The position numbers were made by a program, and so were the translations under genes. Under the pieces are notes generated by a model. It saw nothing but the letters and a program-made list of their open reading frames with translations. It searched no databases and was not told the origin of the DNA. Below, piece after piece: positions 31,492-42,220 of a stretch of DNA of 64,000 nt. Position 1 is the stretch's first letter; each line of letters opens with the position of its first letter. The DNA comes from a bacterium. Its GTDB lineage: Bacteria > Bacteroidota > Ignavibacteria > UBA10030. The DNA lies in assembly GCA_043803945.1 (NCBI GenBank), contig JAZDJN010000104.1, positions 32,001 through 96,000 on the forward strand, given 5' to 3'.

Positions 31492-32859
31492 ATGCGTATT
31501 CTCTGGCGACATATTCTGCGTTCCCACGTAGCGCCCTTGCTCTTCTCAACATTCATTCTCATGGGTGTCTTTTTATTGCAATTCATTATTCAAAAGATGG
31601 ATCAACTGGCAGGGAAGGGACTGAGCGCGGGGATCATCGCAGAACTGTTTATCATGAATCTTGCCTGGATGGTCGTACTGGCCGTTCCGATGGCGGTTCT
31701 TGTTGCTACGTTGATGGCATTCGGCGGACTCTCTTCCAATAACGAAATTACGGCCATGCGCGCCACCGGCATCAGCCTGTACCGGATGATGCTTCCCACA
31801 TTTCTTGCATCGATCGTTCTTTACTACGCCCTGGTCTACTTCAACAACACCATTTTACCCGATGCCAATCATCGGGCAAAAATCCTTCTCACCGATATCT
31901 ATAGAAAGAAGCCGACTCTTTCCTTTGTCCCCGGCCTCTTTTCTCAGGGTGTCCAGGGATACAGCATTCTTGTGCGCAAGACGTTTGAGAACTCGAATGA
32001 CCTTGAGGGAATGACGATTATCGATTACACCATTCCGAACCTCACAACGACAGTCACGGCCCGCCGCGGTGTCGTCTCCTTCTCAGCGGATTATCAGAAA
32101 ATTATCATGGATCTCTTTGATGGTGAAATCCATGAAGTCAATAATTCCAAGATGGAGCGGTACCGAATCATAAAATTTCAGAAGCACCGTATTGCCATGA
32201 ACGCCGAGGGCTTCGATTTTCAACGGTCACAGGAGAGCGCTTTCTCCCGCGGCGATCGGGAATTGAGCGCCTCTGCAATGCAGGCAATTGTGGATAGCGT
32301 GCGCCTCCTCCAACAGGAGGCACAGAATCGAATACGCACTGCGGTCAAGAACGATCTGGACCAGCTTTTTTTCCCCTCACCCACCCCATCGACATCATCA
32401 CGCTCGATTCAGGATCCGATGGTATCGGCAAGTGTGCGCGTCGCGACTCTCCGAAACTCGATCGAAGGAGATATTGCTCAGATCAATCATTACAGCAGGC
32501 GGATCCATGAGTATTCTGTGGAAATCCAAAAGAAATATTCGATCCCCTTTGCCTGCATCGTCTTTGTGCTTGTCGGAGCTCCGTTGGGAATTATGGTACG
32601 ACGGGGAACATTCGGTATCGCAGCAAGTTTCAGCCTTGGCTTTTTTGTTCTCTACTGGTCTTGCCTCATCGGCGGCGAACGACTCGCAGACCGGGGATTT
32701 ATTCAACCCTGGTTCGGTATGTGGATCGCGAATATCCTCATCGGTATCCTTGGCTTCTATCTGACAGTAAAAACTGCCCGTGAAAACCTGGTTATCGACT
32801 GGTCGCAGTTCAGGAGGTTCATTCCGAAACAATTTCGCTGGGATGAAACGTCATCATGA
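31492..32859 (+). CDS. lptF: LptF/LptG family permease
   Basis: NEITAMRATGIS, EIQKKYSIPFAC; 3+3 TM layout. Confidence 0.85.
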   Translation: MRILWRHILRSHVAPLLFSTFILMGVFLLQFIIQKMDQLAGKGLSAGIIAELFIMNLAWMVVLAVPMAVLVATLMAFGGLSSNNEITAMRATGISLYRMMLPTFLASIVLYYALVYFNNTILPDANHRAKILLTDIYRKKPTLSFVPGLFSQGVQGYSILVRKTFENSNDLEGMTIIDYTIPNLTTTVTARRGVVSFSADYQKIIMDLFDGEIHEVNNSKMERYRIIKFQKHRIAMNAEGFDFQRSQESAFSRGDRELSASAMQAIVDSVRLLQQEAQNRIRTAVKNDLDQLFFPSPTPSTSSRSIQDPMVSASVRVATLRNSIEGDIAQINHYSRRIHEYSVEIQKKYSIPFACIVFVLVGAPLGIMVRRGTFGIAASFSLGFFVLYWSCLIGGERLADRGFIQPWFGMWIANILIGILGFYLTVKTARENLVIDWSQFRRFIPKQFRWDETSS

Positions 32860-33962
32860 GAATTCTCGACCGGTACCTTATTCGTCAATTTCTCGTTGTC
32901 TCGGCATTCGGCTTGCTGACATTCATCCTGATTTTTCTGATCATTGATAACACCGAGAAGCTCGACGATTTTATTGATGCGAAGATGCCTCTAGAAACGA
33001 TCATCGAGTACTACCTCTATTTCATTCCCGAGATTATTAAACTGATGACACCTGTTGCCCTGCTGTTGGGAGCATTATTTGTTGTCGGCCGCATGACGAA
33101 TCAGAATGAAATTTCAGCCATAAAATCGAGTGGCGTCAGCCTTTATCGCGTCACACTTCCCTTCATCCTTGTTGCCTTAGTCGTCAGCCTGGCTTCCATC
33201 TATTTCAGCGGCTGGGTCGTCCCCAAAGCAACGCAGAAGCGTATTACCATCGAACGCGTGCACATGCAGCAATCCGGCGATCTTCTTAATCGCTATAACA
33301 TCATCTTCGAGGAGAGTCGTACCCAGCTTGTCTCCATCAGCCATTATAATGGCCAGACGAAGATCGCGTGGCGGGTGAGTATCCAGGAATTCTCTGATTC
33401 GAACCTGACCGTCCTTACCCGCAGGCTCGACGCTAAACAAATGGAATGGTCCTCCACGATCGATTCGACGGGAAAAGCCATGGCAGGCTGGACGCTGGTG
33501 GAAGGAATGAAGCGTGAACTCTCCGGCGATCGTCAGACGCTCTCCCCTTTCCAGAAGCTATGGATCGGCTCTCTGAGCATAACACCGGATGATATTGAAA
33601 AGAAACAGCACAAGCCGGAGGAGATGGACTACAGCGAGCTCCAGGAATTCATCAAGAACCAAAAGAATGCGGGGCAGGATGTGTCACGGTGGATGGTTGA
33701 TTTCCACAGCCGTATTGCATTCCCTTTCGCCAGCGTTGTTGTTGTGCTCTTTGGTGTCCCTTTCGCATCCATTAAACGGCGGAGCGGTGTGGCAATCGAT
33801 TTTGGCATCTGCGCTGCTGTGACCTTCATCTATCTCGCATTCATGAAAATCAGCAATGTGTTCGGCTACAACGGCGACATCCATCCGATGGCCACTGCCT
33901 GGATGGCAAATTGTATTTTTCTGGTGCTTGGCGTTTTGAACCTTATCCGTATCAAGAAGTAG
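32856..33962 (+). CDS. lptG: LptF/LptG family permease
   Basis: MRILDRYL, NEISAIKSSGVS, RIAFPFAS. Confidence 0.85.
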   Translation: MRILDRYLIRQFLVVSAFGLLTFILIFLIIDNTEKLDDFIDAKMPLETIIEYYLYFIPEIIKLMTPVALLLGALFVVGRMTNQNEISAIKSSGVSLYRVTLPFILVALVVSLASIYFSGWVVPKATQKRITIERVHMQQSGDLLNRYNIIFEESRTQLVSISHYNGQTKIAWRVSIQEFSDSNLTVLTRRLDAKQMEWSSTIDSTGKAMAGWTLVEGMKRELSGDRQTLSPFQKLWIGSLSITPDDIEKKQHKPEEMDYSELQEFIKNQKNAGQDVSRWMVDFHSRIAFPFASVVVVLFGVPFASIKRRSGVAIDFGICAAVTFIYLAFMKISNVFGYNGDIHPMATAWMANCIFLVLGVLNLIRIKK

Positions 33963-33974
33963 CCCTCCGGCGAA

Positions 33975-35141
33975 TCACTTCAGGACGAGTACCTTCTTCT
34001 GCACAGATTCACCCCCACTTACTAACCGGACGATATACAACCCTGAAGGCAGGTGCGATGCGTTGAATTGAACGATCTGCAGCCTCCCGGCATCCGCAAT
34101 ATTATTGAAGAGTGTGGAGACTTTACGACCAAGATAATCGTATACGTTCAATTCAGCGCGAGCAGAAGAAGGAAGCGTAAAGGCAATTGAGGTTGCCGGA
34201 TTACAGGGGTTGGGAAAACACTCAGAAAGCCAGAACATTTTCCGGGTAAGCCCTACTTCAACTTCAACTGGCCCGTGGTATTCAACACTGCCGTCGTAAT
34301 CGATCTGGCGCAGGCGGTATGCATATCTTCCGGAGGGGATTGGCCCATCAAGAAAAGAATATTCTTTCGGCGTAAAGCATGTTCCATGCCCCTGAACAAA
34401 TCCAAGTGTTGCCCACTCTGATTCACTGACAGTTAATTCAGACGTACCACAAACTTGCCGTCGTTGAATGTCAAAACCGTAGTTATAGGTTTCTGTGACC
34501 GTCGACCAGTGGAGGTAGACATCCCTCTGCTGAACCGCAGCGGTAAATGCAGTGAGTTGGACAGGAAGCGGAACAGCATTCTGGATTTCAACATCTTCCA
34601 ATCGGCAACTGGCGGCAGAGCCGGATGTTTTCTGGTGCGACCATCTGATGTACGCAGGATTATGAGAACGCAGATCGACAGAACCTGTTTGGCCCAAAGC
34701 AAGTGTGCCATCGATATTCACTATGAATTGCACATAGGTATCTATCGTGAAGAGCGTCGAATCTTCCAGGTTGATGGATTTGAGGAGCGATAATGCTGTG
34801 GTGTCAGTTCCACCATACACCTTCAGCGATGCTCCGGTAACTTTGGTAACTGAACTTACGGAAGAATAAAACGTCAAGCTGACAACGTTCGATGATGCAT
34901 TCATTGAAAGTGTGAGATATTTTGATACTCCGGCCGCCGGATTTAATGAGCTTGCAGCACCAGCAGAGGAGTTTCTTGTGCTGGAGACTATTCGTGACCA
35001 TTGCGTTGTCCCCGACGAGGCAGAAGCAGTCCATCCCAGCGGCGGGAAGGTGGTACTATTAAATCCTTCAATGACCTGTGCCTTGAGCCAATTGAGGAAA
35101 AACAAACTGACGAGTGCAACAAATAGAACGCGTCGATTCAT
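33975..35141 (-). CDS. T9SS type A C-terminal sorting-domain protein
   Basis: Signal peptide; PLPVQLTAF, YRLRQIDYDG, FPNPCNPAT, LPSGLYIVRL...KKVLVLK. Confidence 0.88.
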   Translation of the reverse strand: MNRRVLFVALVSLFFLNWLKAQVIEGFNSTTFPPLGWTASASSGTTQWSRIVSSTRNSSAGAASSLNPAAGVSKYLTLSMNASSNVVSLTFYSSVSSVTKVTGASLKVYGGTDTTALSLLKSINLEDSTLFTIDTYVQFIVNIDGTLALGQTGSVDLRSHNPAYIRWSHQKTSGSAASCRLEDVEIQNAVPLPVQLTAFTAAVQQRDVYLHWSTVTETYNYGFDIQRRQVCGTSELTVSESEWATLGFVQGHGTCFTPKEYSFLDGPIPSGRYAYRLRQIDYDGSVEYHGPVEVEVGLTRKMFWLSECFPNPCNPATSIAFTLPSSARAELNVYDYLGRKVSTLFNNIADAGRLQIVQFNASHLPSGLYIVRLVSGGESVQKKVLVLK

Positions 35142-35231
35142 AACGAGACCCCCTCAGAGAATGTCATGAAGAAAAATACTATGGTTTAGATTGGATTCCT
35201 GAAATACGGTACGAGGATTACCTGCAGCAGA

Positions 35232-35260
35232 ATATTACAAAGTCCCGGAAGAAATGTCAA
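35232..35260 (-). promoter_or_regulatory. Sigma70-like promoter candidate
   Basis: TTGACA-17 nt-TAATAT on the minus strand upstream of 35141. Confidence 0.4.
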
Positions 35261-35476
35261 GAGTGCAAGAAAATATTTTGGAACTTGGTTGGCCAAATAA
35301 AGCTAACGAAAGAACCAAGACGGAATACGCTCCGCTCTGGCTCTTTGTACTTACCAATCTTTGCTAAGTGAAAATTGGAACTTCAACTCTCTAAATCTAG
35401 AGCAATGAATGGACATAGTACTCTCCTTCCAGTGTGACACTGTGAATAAGGAAGAGCCATTTTATTTCTCCCCTAT

Positions 35477-35508
35477 AAAAAATAAAACCCGCGAGGATCT
35501 GTCGCGGG
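35477..35508 (-). terminator. Rho-independent terminator after kamA
   Basis: CCCGCGA/TCGCGGG stem followed on the minus strand by TTTTATTTTT. Confidence 0.7.
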
Positions 35509-35531
35509 CTATAGAAAACCGGCTTAAACAA

Positions 35532-36692
35532 TTACTTTCCCATAGATTCCAGTTCTTTGGGGGCCTTGTTCGTTGCATAGGCAGGCTTTTTCGTCGATGC
35601 ACGACGCCGCCGATATTTCGTCTCCACAACCTGTTGCGGTGTTGGTTGCTCCTCTTCCACATCGGGGTAGGTGAAGATCTCATATTTGAAGTTACGGAGA
35701 ATGATATCCTTCCCATTGCGGCCCAAAACATATTGCGGCAGTAAGGGAATCTTGCCCCCGCCGCCCGGAGCATCGATGACGTAATACGGGACGGCAAGTC
35801 CTGAGGTATGGCCCCGCAGCTTATCCATAATCTCAAGCCCCACCCTGACCGGCGTGCGGAAATGGTTTGTCCCCTTCGTCAGATCTGCCTGATAGATGTA
35901 GTACGGACGGACACGCATCTTCAGCAGCTTCCGATGTAAATCCAGCATTATGTCGGCATCATCGTTCACCCCTTTCATCAACACAGCCTGATTACCAACG
36001 GGACACCCGGCATCGGCGAGCAAGGCGCAGGCCCGTTCCGCTTCCGGTGTGCACTCCCATGGGTGATTGAAGTGGGTATTGATATAGATGGGGTGGTATT
36101 TCTTCAGCATCTTGCAAAGTTTCGTGGTGATGCGCTGCGGCAGCACACATGGCATTTTTGTGCCGAGGCGAATAATTTCCACGTGAGGAATTTCCCTGAT
36201 CCCGGCCAATACTTTTTCGAGCATATAATCTGTCAACATCAGCGGATCGCCGCCCGAGAGTACAATGTCGCGAACTTCCGGGTGTTCAGCGATGTAGTTC
36301 AGCCCGTTTTGGATCCACCGTGCATTGATCTTTGTCGAATCGCTCACCTTGCGTTTGCGAGTGCAAAACCTGCAATACATCGAGCATTGGCTGGTAACAA
36401 GGAAGAGCACGCGGTCGGGGTACCGATGAGTGATGCTTGGGACCGGACTGTCGGCATCTTCATTGAGAGGATCTTCCAGAGCATTTTGATCTTGCAGTTC
36501 CACGGCATCGGGAATACACTGCAACCAGATAGGATCATTCGGATAGCGAATGAGACTGAGGTAATATGGATTGATGCGGATGTGGAAGAGTTTATTCAGC
36601 TTTTCAGCTTGTTCTTTATCAAAGGCAAAGCGTTCAACCAAATCCTTTGCACTGTCCACACTCTGCCGCAACATCTCTTGCCAGAGTTCCAT
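35532..36692 (-). CDS. kamA: KamA-family radical SAM aminomutase (lysine 2,3-aminomutase-like)
   Basis: HRYPDR, CSMYCRFC, LSGGDPL, THFNHP, PLP-lysine motif PGGGGKIP. Confidence 0.9.
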   Translation of the reverse strand: MELWQEMLRQSVDSAKDLVERFAFDKEQAEKLNKLFHIRINPYYLSLIRYPNDPIWLQCIPDAVELQDQNALEDPLNEDADSPVPSITHRYPDRVLFLVTSQCSMYCRFCTRKRKVSDSTKINARWIQNGLNYIAEHPEVRDIVLSGGDPLMLTDYMLEKVLAGIREIPHVEIIRLGTKMPCVLPQRITTKLCKMLKKYHPIYINTHFNHPWECTPEAERACALLADAGCPVGNQAVLMKGVNDDADIMLDLHRKLLKMRVRPYYIYQADLTKGTNHFRTPVRVGLEIMDKLRGHTSGLAVPYYVIDAPGGGGKIPLLPQYVLGRNGKDIILRNFKYEIFTYPDVEEEQPTPQQVVETKYRRRRASTKKPAYATNKAPKELESMGK

Positions 36693-36710
36693 AATAGTGA
36701 TCGATCCTCC

Positions 36711-37181
36711 TTATAGGTACTTGCAATAAACTACCAAGCCGTCACCCGGAGAATAGAAGTCTCTGATCCGTGACGCCTCTGTGTAGTTGTTTTTTAGGTA
36801 GAACATTCGCGTGTTCTCATATTTCGGCAATGAGGAGGTTTCCGCAATAATGAGTGTCCCTCCTTTTGACTTCGCCAACTCTTCACAATGGAGCAACAAC
36901 TGCTTCCCGATTCCCTTTCCGTGGCAGGAGAGATCGACGGCAATCCAGTAAAGATCGTACGTGCTGACCGTCATCGGTGTGTGCCCCATACAATAATATC
37001 CCCGGACAATTCCTGGTTCCTCCACAAAGGTGTAGAGGATATAATCCTTCTGATGAGGATCGCCCGCTGCAACCTGCATGAGTTCAACAGCCACATCAAT
37101 TTCATTTGGGTTGAAGACCCGGGTCTCCTGGAGAATACTAGTGAGTGCTTCAATATCTTCTTTTTGAAATTTCCTGATCAT
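36711..37181 (-). CDS. GNAT N-acetyltransferase
   Basis: LYWIAV...HGKGIG acetyl-CoA motif, AETSS, FY. Confidence 0.88.
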   Translation of the reverse strand: MIRKFQKEDIEALTSILQETRVFNPNEIDVAVELMQVAAGDPHQKDYILYTFVEEPGIVRGYYCMGHTPMTVSTYDLYWIAVDLSCHGKGIGKQLLLHCEELAKSKGGTLIIAETSSLPKYENTRMFYLKNNYTEASRIRDFYSPGDGLVVYCKYL

Positions 37182-37189
37182 CGTTCCCT

Positions 37190-38290
37190 TTACGGAGCAC
37201 GTTCGAGCGCGTACTCCACAATCTTATTGACCATATCATCGAACGACAGGCCATACATCCTGGCGGACCGTGGAAATCCTGCATCAGTACTGATATCAGG
37301 ATTGGGATTGACTTCAATGACATAGAGTCTATTATGCTTATCCAACCGCATATCGACACGGGCATAGTCGCGGCATCCCATCAGCCGGTATGCCTGCAGG
37401 GCAATCTCTCTTGCTTCATGTTCCACATCGGGAGAGACGGATGCCGGACAGACACCCACAGTACCCTTGTACTCTTCTGTTCCTTCCATCCATTTCGCAT
37501 TGTAGGTGACAATCTTTGGGTAGTCCTGGGGGAGCGCGGAAAAATCAATTTCAGAGATCGGAAGAGCAATCGGACGTTTATTCCCGATCACGGCAATGTT
37601 TAGCTCACGTCCGTCGATATACTCTTCAACTAATGCCGGCTGCTCATAACGATGGCAGATATACTTCACTCGCTTACGCAACGCTGCGAATTCATAGACA
37701 ACGGAGTCGTTGGCGATACCCACACTGGCATCTTCGTGGAGGGGTTTCACAATCACGGGGAATCCCAGATCGAACTCTTCCTCCGTGAGATGGGTGAGAG
37801 TCCGATACAATGCGAATCGTGGAATACGCATTTTATGGAATCCGAGAATCTGTTTCGTGCGCACTTTATTCTGGCACAGTCCGAGCGTGAATGCCGAAGC
37901 GCCGGTATAGGGAATACCCATCAGTTCATAGACTCCGGCCACAAACATCTCATGAGTCGATTGATCTCCGACCGATTCGCAGAGATTGAAGATCAAATCG
38001 GGCTGTTTCTCTTCAATGAAGTCGATGAGGCGCTTGATATCGCTGTTCATATTGAAGAGCGAGGTACGATATCCAAATTTATGCAGAGCCTCCTGAACAT
38101 TCTGACGCTCTTGTAATACCCCCACCTCCGACATATCGATGGTTTTGGGTGTCGCAACGGCCAGCACTTCGGATCGGGTGATGGCAGCTTCGATCTTCCC
38201 GGACTCCGAAATAAATTTTCTTCCCGATCCCGTACTGATCGTAGGCTCGTTATAGATAATGGCAACATGAATCTTCTTCTTCATCTTCAC
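37190..38290 (-). CDS. D-Ala-D-Ala-ligase-like ATP-grasp protein
   Basis: FNLCE, IPYTG, VKPLHEDAS, EEYIDGRE, RVDMR, EVNPNP. Confidence 0.88.
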   Translation of the reverse strand: MKMKKKIHVAIIYNEPTISTGSGRKFISESGKIEAAITRSEVLAVATPKTIDMSEVGVLQERQNVQEALHKFGYRTSLFNMNSDIKRLIDFIEEKQPDLIFNLCESVGDQSTHEMFVAGVYELMGIPYTGASAFTLGLCQNKVRTKQILGFHKMRIPRFALYRTLTHLTEEEFDLGFPVIVKPLHEDASVGIANDSVVYEFAALRKRVKYICHRYEQPALVEEYIDGRELNIAVIGNKRPIALPISEIDFSALPQDYPKIVTYNAKWMEGTEEYKGTVGVCPASVSPDVEHEAREIALQAYRLMGCRDYARVDMRLDKHNRLYVIEVNPNPDISTDAGFPRSARMYGLSFDDMVNKIVEYALERAP

Positions 38291-38337
38291 CTTCCCTGCA
38301 CAACGTTCTTAATCAATGTCATCAGATTCATGGGCCA

Positions 38338-39429
38338 TTAGTTAATGTTTTGGCGTCGTATCGCGTGGCCGAGAACGGAACAGAGCATCTCATTGTAGGA
38401 AATTCCCGCCGCCCTGGCTGCCATTGGAAATGCGGAATGTTCATCCGGATTTGGCAGGATTCCCGGTAACGGATTCAACTCTATTATATGCGGGGTCCCG
38501 GCATCATCTAATCGTAAATCTATACGACACCAGTCTCGACAATTGAGTATTTTAAACGTTTTTCGACAAGTCTCTATAATTTTCTGTTCTAACTCCTGGC
38601 CAACTTTTGCCGGGCAGCTATACATTTCAATGGGATGATCCGGCAGATCCCATACCCATTTAGCCTCGTAGGAATAAATTGGATTTGCCCCTTCGGGCAG
38701 TTCGTTGAAGTGAATTTCTATAATAGGCAGAACATGGAGGTCGCCATCGTTGCCGAGCAGCGCTACAGTAAATTCCCGTCCGCTGAGAAATTTTTCGACA
38801 AGAGCCGGTTCATGGTAGTTATTGAGTACCCGAGTTACCTGTTCATGCAGTTCAGCCTCATTTTTCACAACCGAGGCGTTAACGACACCTTTGCTCGATC
38901 CCTCATGTAATGGTTTGACGATACATGGGAATGGGATTGTGAACTCTTGAAGCTCATCGATTCTTGTGATAATCCTGAACTCCGGGGTTGGAATGCGATG
39001 ATGGGAGAGAATTTCTTTTGCACGGGATTTATCGAGACAAATTCCAAGCGTCAGCGGATCGGATCCGGTGTAGGGGATTCCAAGCATATCGAGCATGGCG
39101 GGAATTTGTGCTTCACGGGAAGGACCGCGGAGTCCTTCTGCAATATTGAAGACAATATCTGGTTGAATCTGAAGAAACTTTTGGAAGGCATCCGTGTCAG
39201 CCTCGATCATTGTTACATCATGTTGCTCTTCGAGTGCGGCCTTAACGGCAAGGATGGTGTCTTCGGTATCCCATTCTGCATATGTGTCGTGGTTCGTCTT
39301 TTCTTGTTTCGTCGGTGACGATGTCGTGTGCGTACTATCCTCGTCATCGTTCAATCCATCGTTCGAACCATCGCCGACGCTGTCCTTTTTCATATTATAG
39401 ACAAGCGCGACATTCAAGCGCGGTACCAA
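38338..39429 (-). CDS. D-Ala-D-Ala-ligase-like ATP-grasp protein
   Basis: FNIAEG, IPYTGS, VKPLHEGSSKG, RIDLR, ELNPLPG. Confidence 0.88.
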   Translation of the reverse strand: MVPRLNVALVYNMKKDSVGDGSNDGLNDDEDSTHTTSSPTKQEKTNHDTYAEWDTEDTILAVKAALEEQHDVTMIEADTDAFQKFLQIQPDIVFNIAEGLRGPSREAQIPAMLDMLGIPYTGSDPLTLGICLDKSRAKEILSHHRIPTPEFRIITRIDELQEFTIPFPCIVKPLHEGSSKGVVNASVVKNEAELHEQVTRVLNNYHEPALVEKFLSGREFTVALLGNDGDLHVLPIIEIHFNELPEGANPIYSYEAKWVWDLPDHPIEMYSCPAKVGQELEQKIIETCRKTFKILNCRDWCRIDLRLDDAGTPHIIELNPLPGILPNPDEHSAFPMAARAAGISYNEMLCSVLGHAIRRQNIN

Positions 39430-39500
39430 GAAGTGTGTTCAACCTTTCAACTTGTGAGAGAATGCATGCTCATCGCCTCGATAACCATCAGGTGTTGATA

Positions 39501-39530
39501 CAAATATAATCATTTCTAGCACGTTGTCAA
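39501..39530 (-). promoter_or_regulatory. Promoter candidate for the ATP-grasp/GNAT/KamA operon
   Basis: TTGACA-16 nt-TATATTTG on the minus strand; also matches the Bacteroidota TAnnTTTG element. Confidence 0.5.
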
Positions 39531-39980
39531 GCATTTGAACCTGTTTTACTCACGATTTCTTCTCATGGAGGTGAAGAGCATGAGGAGGAATATTTTCATG
39601 CATGACATGGACGACGACACTCTACTTATTATTATTTTTTCTTCCCTTCCCTCTTGAACGAACAACGAAACAAAAATAGAAATTCTCTTTCTTCATTTGC
39701 TCTAATATTTTTTTTTCTTCACTGTCGTTTTTCCTTAGAGACTCATTCATCGACGCAGCATGCGGAAGTCTCTTTGATAAAATATTTGATAGAGGGTACA
39801 CTGCGATATGAGGATAGCCTGGAAAGACACCAGCAAGACAGAAGGTTCTTGCTGACGAATGGATTGATGATGCGTAGTCTGTGCGGTGTTCGGATAAATA
39901 TTTAAGAATGGAAGAACGATGAGATGAAGTGCTGCTTACGGCGATCAGAAACAATCGATTTATAGCGATCCAGATGGAAA

Positions 39981-42179
39981 TTATCCGACTTCGCTGAGTG
40001 CGATCAATTCTCTATAGTACTGTTCAAACCGTGCTCTAATCCCCTGATGCTCAGTTAATCGCAGGTGTGGATCCCGACTAACAAGAGCAAACGCTGCCTC
40101 ACGTGCAGCAGCGAGAAGCTCACCATCTTCCGCAAGATTTGCAATCTTAAAAGCCGGTATTCCGCTTTGTTGTGTCCCGAAGAATTCTCCCGGGCCGCGT
40201 AACTGCAAATCAACCTCTGCGATGACAAATCCATCCGTTGTTTGCACCATGGTCTCCAGACGCTTTCGTGAATTATGCTGCTCTTTGGAAAGTTCGCCAC
40301 TGCTTAATCCTTTTACATGACTGGCAAACCATCCGTAGTTAGCAATAAGAATGCAGTACGATTGGTCGGCGCCACGGCCAACCCTTCCTCGGAGTTGATG
40401 AAGCTGTGAGAGTCCAAACCGTTCTGCATTATCAATGATCATGATCGCTGCATTCGGAACATCGATGCCGACTTCAATCACCGTGGTAGAGACAAGGATA
40501 GGATATTCTCCCGCTTTGAATTGCATCATCACTTTCTCTTTTTCCTCGGACTTCATTCTCCCGTGCAGCAGTGCCAGGGTCAGGTCGGGGAACACGTCGC
40601 GCTGCAACCGCTCGTATTCCGCTGTAGCAGCTTTAAGGTCCAGCTTCTCCGATTCCTCAATCAGAGGAAACACGATATACGCCTGTCTCCCCTTTTTGAT
40701 TTCCTCTCTGACAAACTCGAATACTTTTTCCTTCTGATGCTCCTGTCGCACTGCAGTTCTTATCGGTTTCCGGTTCGCAGGCATTTCATCAATGACAGAA
40801 ACATCGAGGTCACCATAGAGCGTTAACGCCAGTGTCCGGGGAATCGGAGTGGCAGTCATCACCAGGACATCGGGATTCACTCCCTTTTCGCGCAACGATG
40901 CACGCTGCAGTACACCGAATCGGTGCTGCTCATCGATAACAATAAAACCCAGATTTTCAAATTGAACATTCTCTTCTATAAGAGCATGTGTGCCAACCGC
41001 AATATGCACCCTTCCGCTGCGGATATCTTCCAGCACATCTTCCCGGAGCTTTTTCTTCTGGCCGCCGATCAATAAGCGAACATTGATGGGCAAGTTCTTC
41101 AGGTAGCCCGAGAGCGTGCGATAATGCTGTTCGGCAAGTATTTCGGTCGGTGCCATCAGGGCAACCTGGTAACCATGATCGACGGCAACGAGCATTGCAA
41201 GGAGTGCAACAATCGTCTTCCCGCTGCCGACATCGCCCTGCAGAAGGCGATTCATCGGTTTTGAAGATTTCATGTCGCCTGCGATTTCAATCAGCACCTT
41301 TCGCTGCGCCCGGGTTAAGGTAAAAGGCAAAGATTCCGATAATGTGCGTGCAAGTCTGCTTTCATGAGAAAAGGAAATGCCTTGTGTTGCCTCTCCCGCT
41401 TTTCGTTTTCGCAGTGCGAGCATCAATTGCAGAAAGAAGAGTTCATCGAACTTGAGTCGGTTCCGCGCACTACTCAGGCTCGCTGCATCGTGTGGGAAAT
41501 GAATATTCTGAAGAGCTTGCTGAAGAGAAACAAGATGATTCAGCGCGAGGATCGCCGCGGGAAGCGATTCTTCAACAAGATGAAGCTGACTCCGGAGTGC
41601 ATTGCGAATGACACGCCGGAATCCCCTGCTATCCAGCCCGACCTTTCCGAGCTCTGCGGTGCTGGAATATTTCGGAATGATCGATCCGGTGTTGAAGAGA
41701 TTCCCCCAATCCGGTTCATCTTCCTCCAGTCCGCCGCGCAGGCGATCGAATTCAGGATGCGTAAATTGGATCCGTCCCAGCTTGTCATATTCCGAATATG
41801 CTGAGAGCGCGAGCAATTCGCCAACCTCAAAGGCGTCTTTATACCATTGCACACCCTCAAACCAGACGCACGTGAGAAATCCGGATTGATCCTTTACGGT
41901 AAGAAAGAAAATCAGCCTGCGCGACTTCCGTGACCGTCGCATTTCCTGCTGGTGGACTTCACCAATGACGGTTACCGGGTGATCGGATTCAACATGCTTC
42001 GAGAGTTCACGGATTGTAACGATCTTGCTTCGATCGAGGTAATCGAACGGAAAGTAGAAGAGCAGGTCACGCACATCTCGGATGCCTGACGCATCAAGCG
42101 CAGCCGCTCGTTTCGGCCCGATGCCTTTGATGTACTGAAGCGGCGGAGCGGGTTTTTGTTGATGTGGTGTGGATTTCAC
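39981..42179 (-). CDS. recG: ATP-dependent DNA helicase RecG
   Basis: QGDVGSGKT, DEQH, MTATPIPRT, QLRGRVGRG, RGPGE. Confidence 0.97.
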   Translation of the reverse strand: MKSTPHQQKPAPPLQYIKGIGPKRAAALDASGIRDVRDLLFYFPFDYLDRSKIVTIRELSKHVESDHPVTVIGEVHQQEMRRSRKSRRLIFFLTVKDQSGFLTCVWFEGVQWYKDAFEVGELLALSAYSEYDKLGRIQFTHPEFDRLRGGLEEDEPDWGNLFNTGSIIPKYSSTAELGKVGLDSRGFRRVIRNALRSQLHLVEESLPAAILALNHLVSLQQALQNIHFPHDAASLSSARNRLKFDELFFLQLMLALRKRKAGEATQGISFSHESRLARTLSESLPFTLTRAQRKVLIEIAGDMKSSKPMNRLLQGDVGSGKTIVALLAMLVAVDHGYQVALMAPTEILAEQHYRTLSGYLKNLPINVRLLIGGQKKKLREDVLEDIRSGRVHIAVGTHALIEENVQFENLGFIVIDEQHRFGVLQRASLREKGVNPDVLVMTATPIPRTLALTLYGDLDVSVIDEMPANRKPIRTAVRQEHQKEKVFEFVREEIKKGRQAYIVFPLIEESEKLDLKAATAEYERLQRDVFPDLTLALLHGRMKSEEKEKVMMQFKAGEYPILVSTTVIEVGIDVPNAAIMIIDNAERFGLSQLHQLRGRVGRGADQSYCILIANYGWFASHVKGLSSGELSKEQHNSRKRLETMVQTTDGFVIAEVDLQLRGPGEFFGTQQSGIPAFKIANLAEDGELLAAAREAAFALVSRDPHLRLTEHQGIRARFEQYYRELIALSEVG

Positions 42180-42220
42180 GGAAGAGAAAGAGGTTTTGGG
42201 TTTAAGGTTATTAGTTTTCG

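Noticed and set aside
37190-39429. Housekeeping ddlA/ddlB call
   Set aside because: Canonical Ddl N-terminal motifs are absent and there is no cell-wall gene context
39622-39954. Two opposing small ORFs in the recG-ligase intergenic region
   Set aside because: Low-complexity, no RBS or motif; no RNA family recognised either
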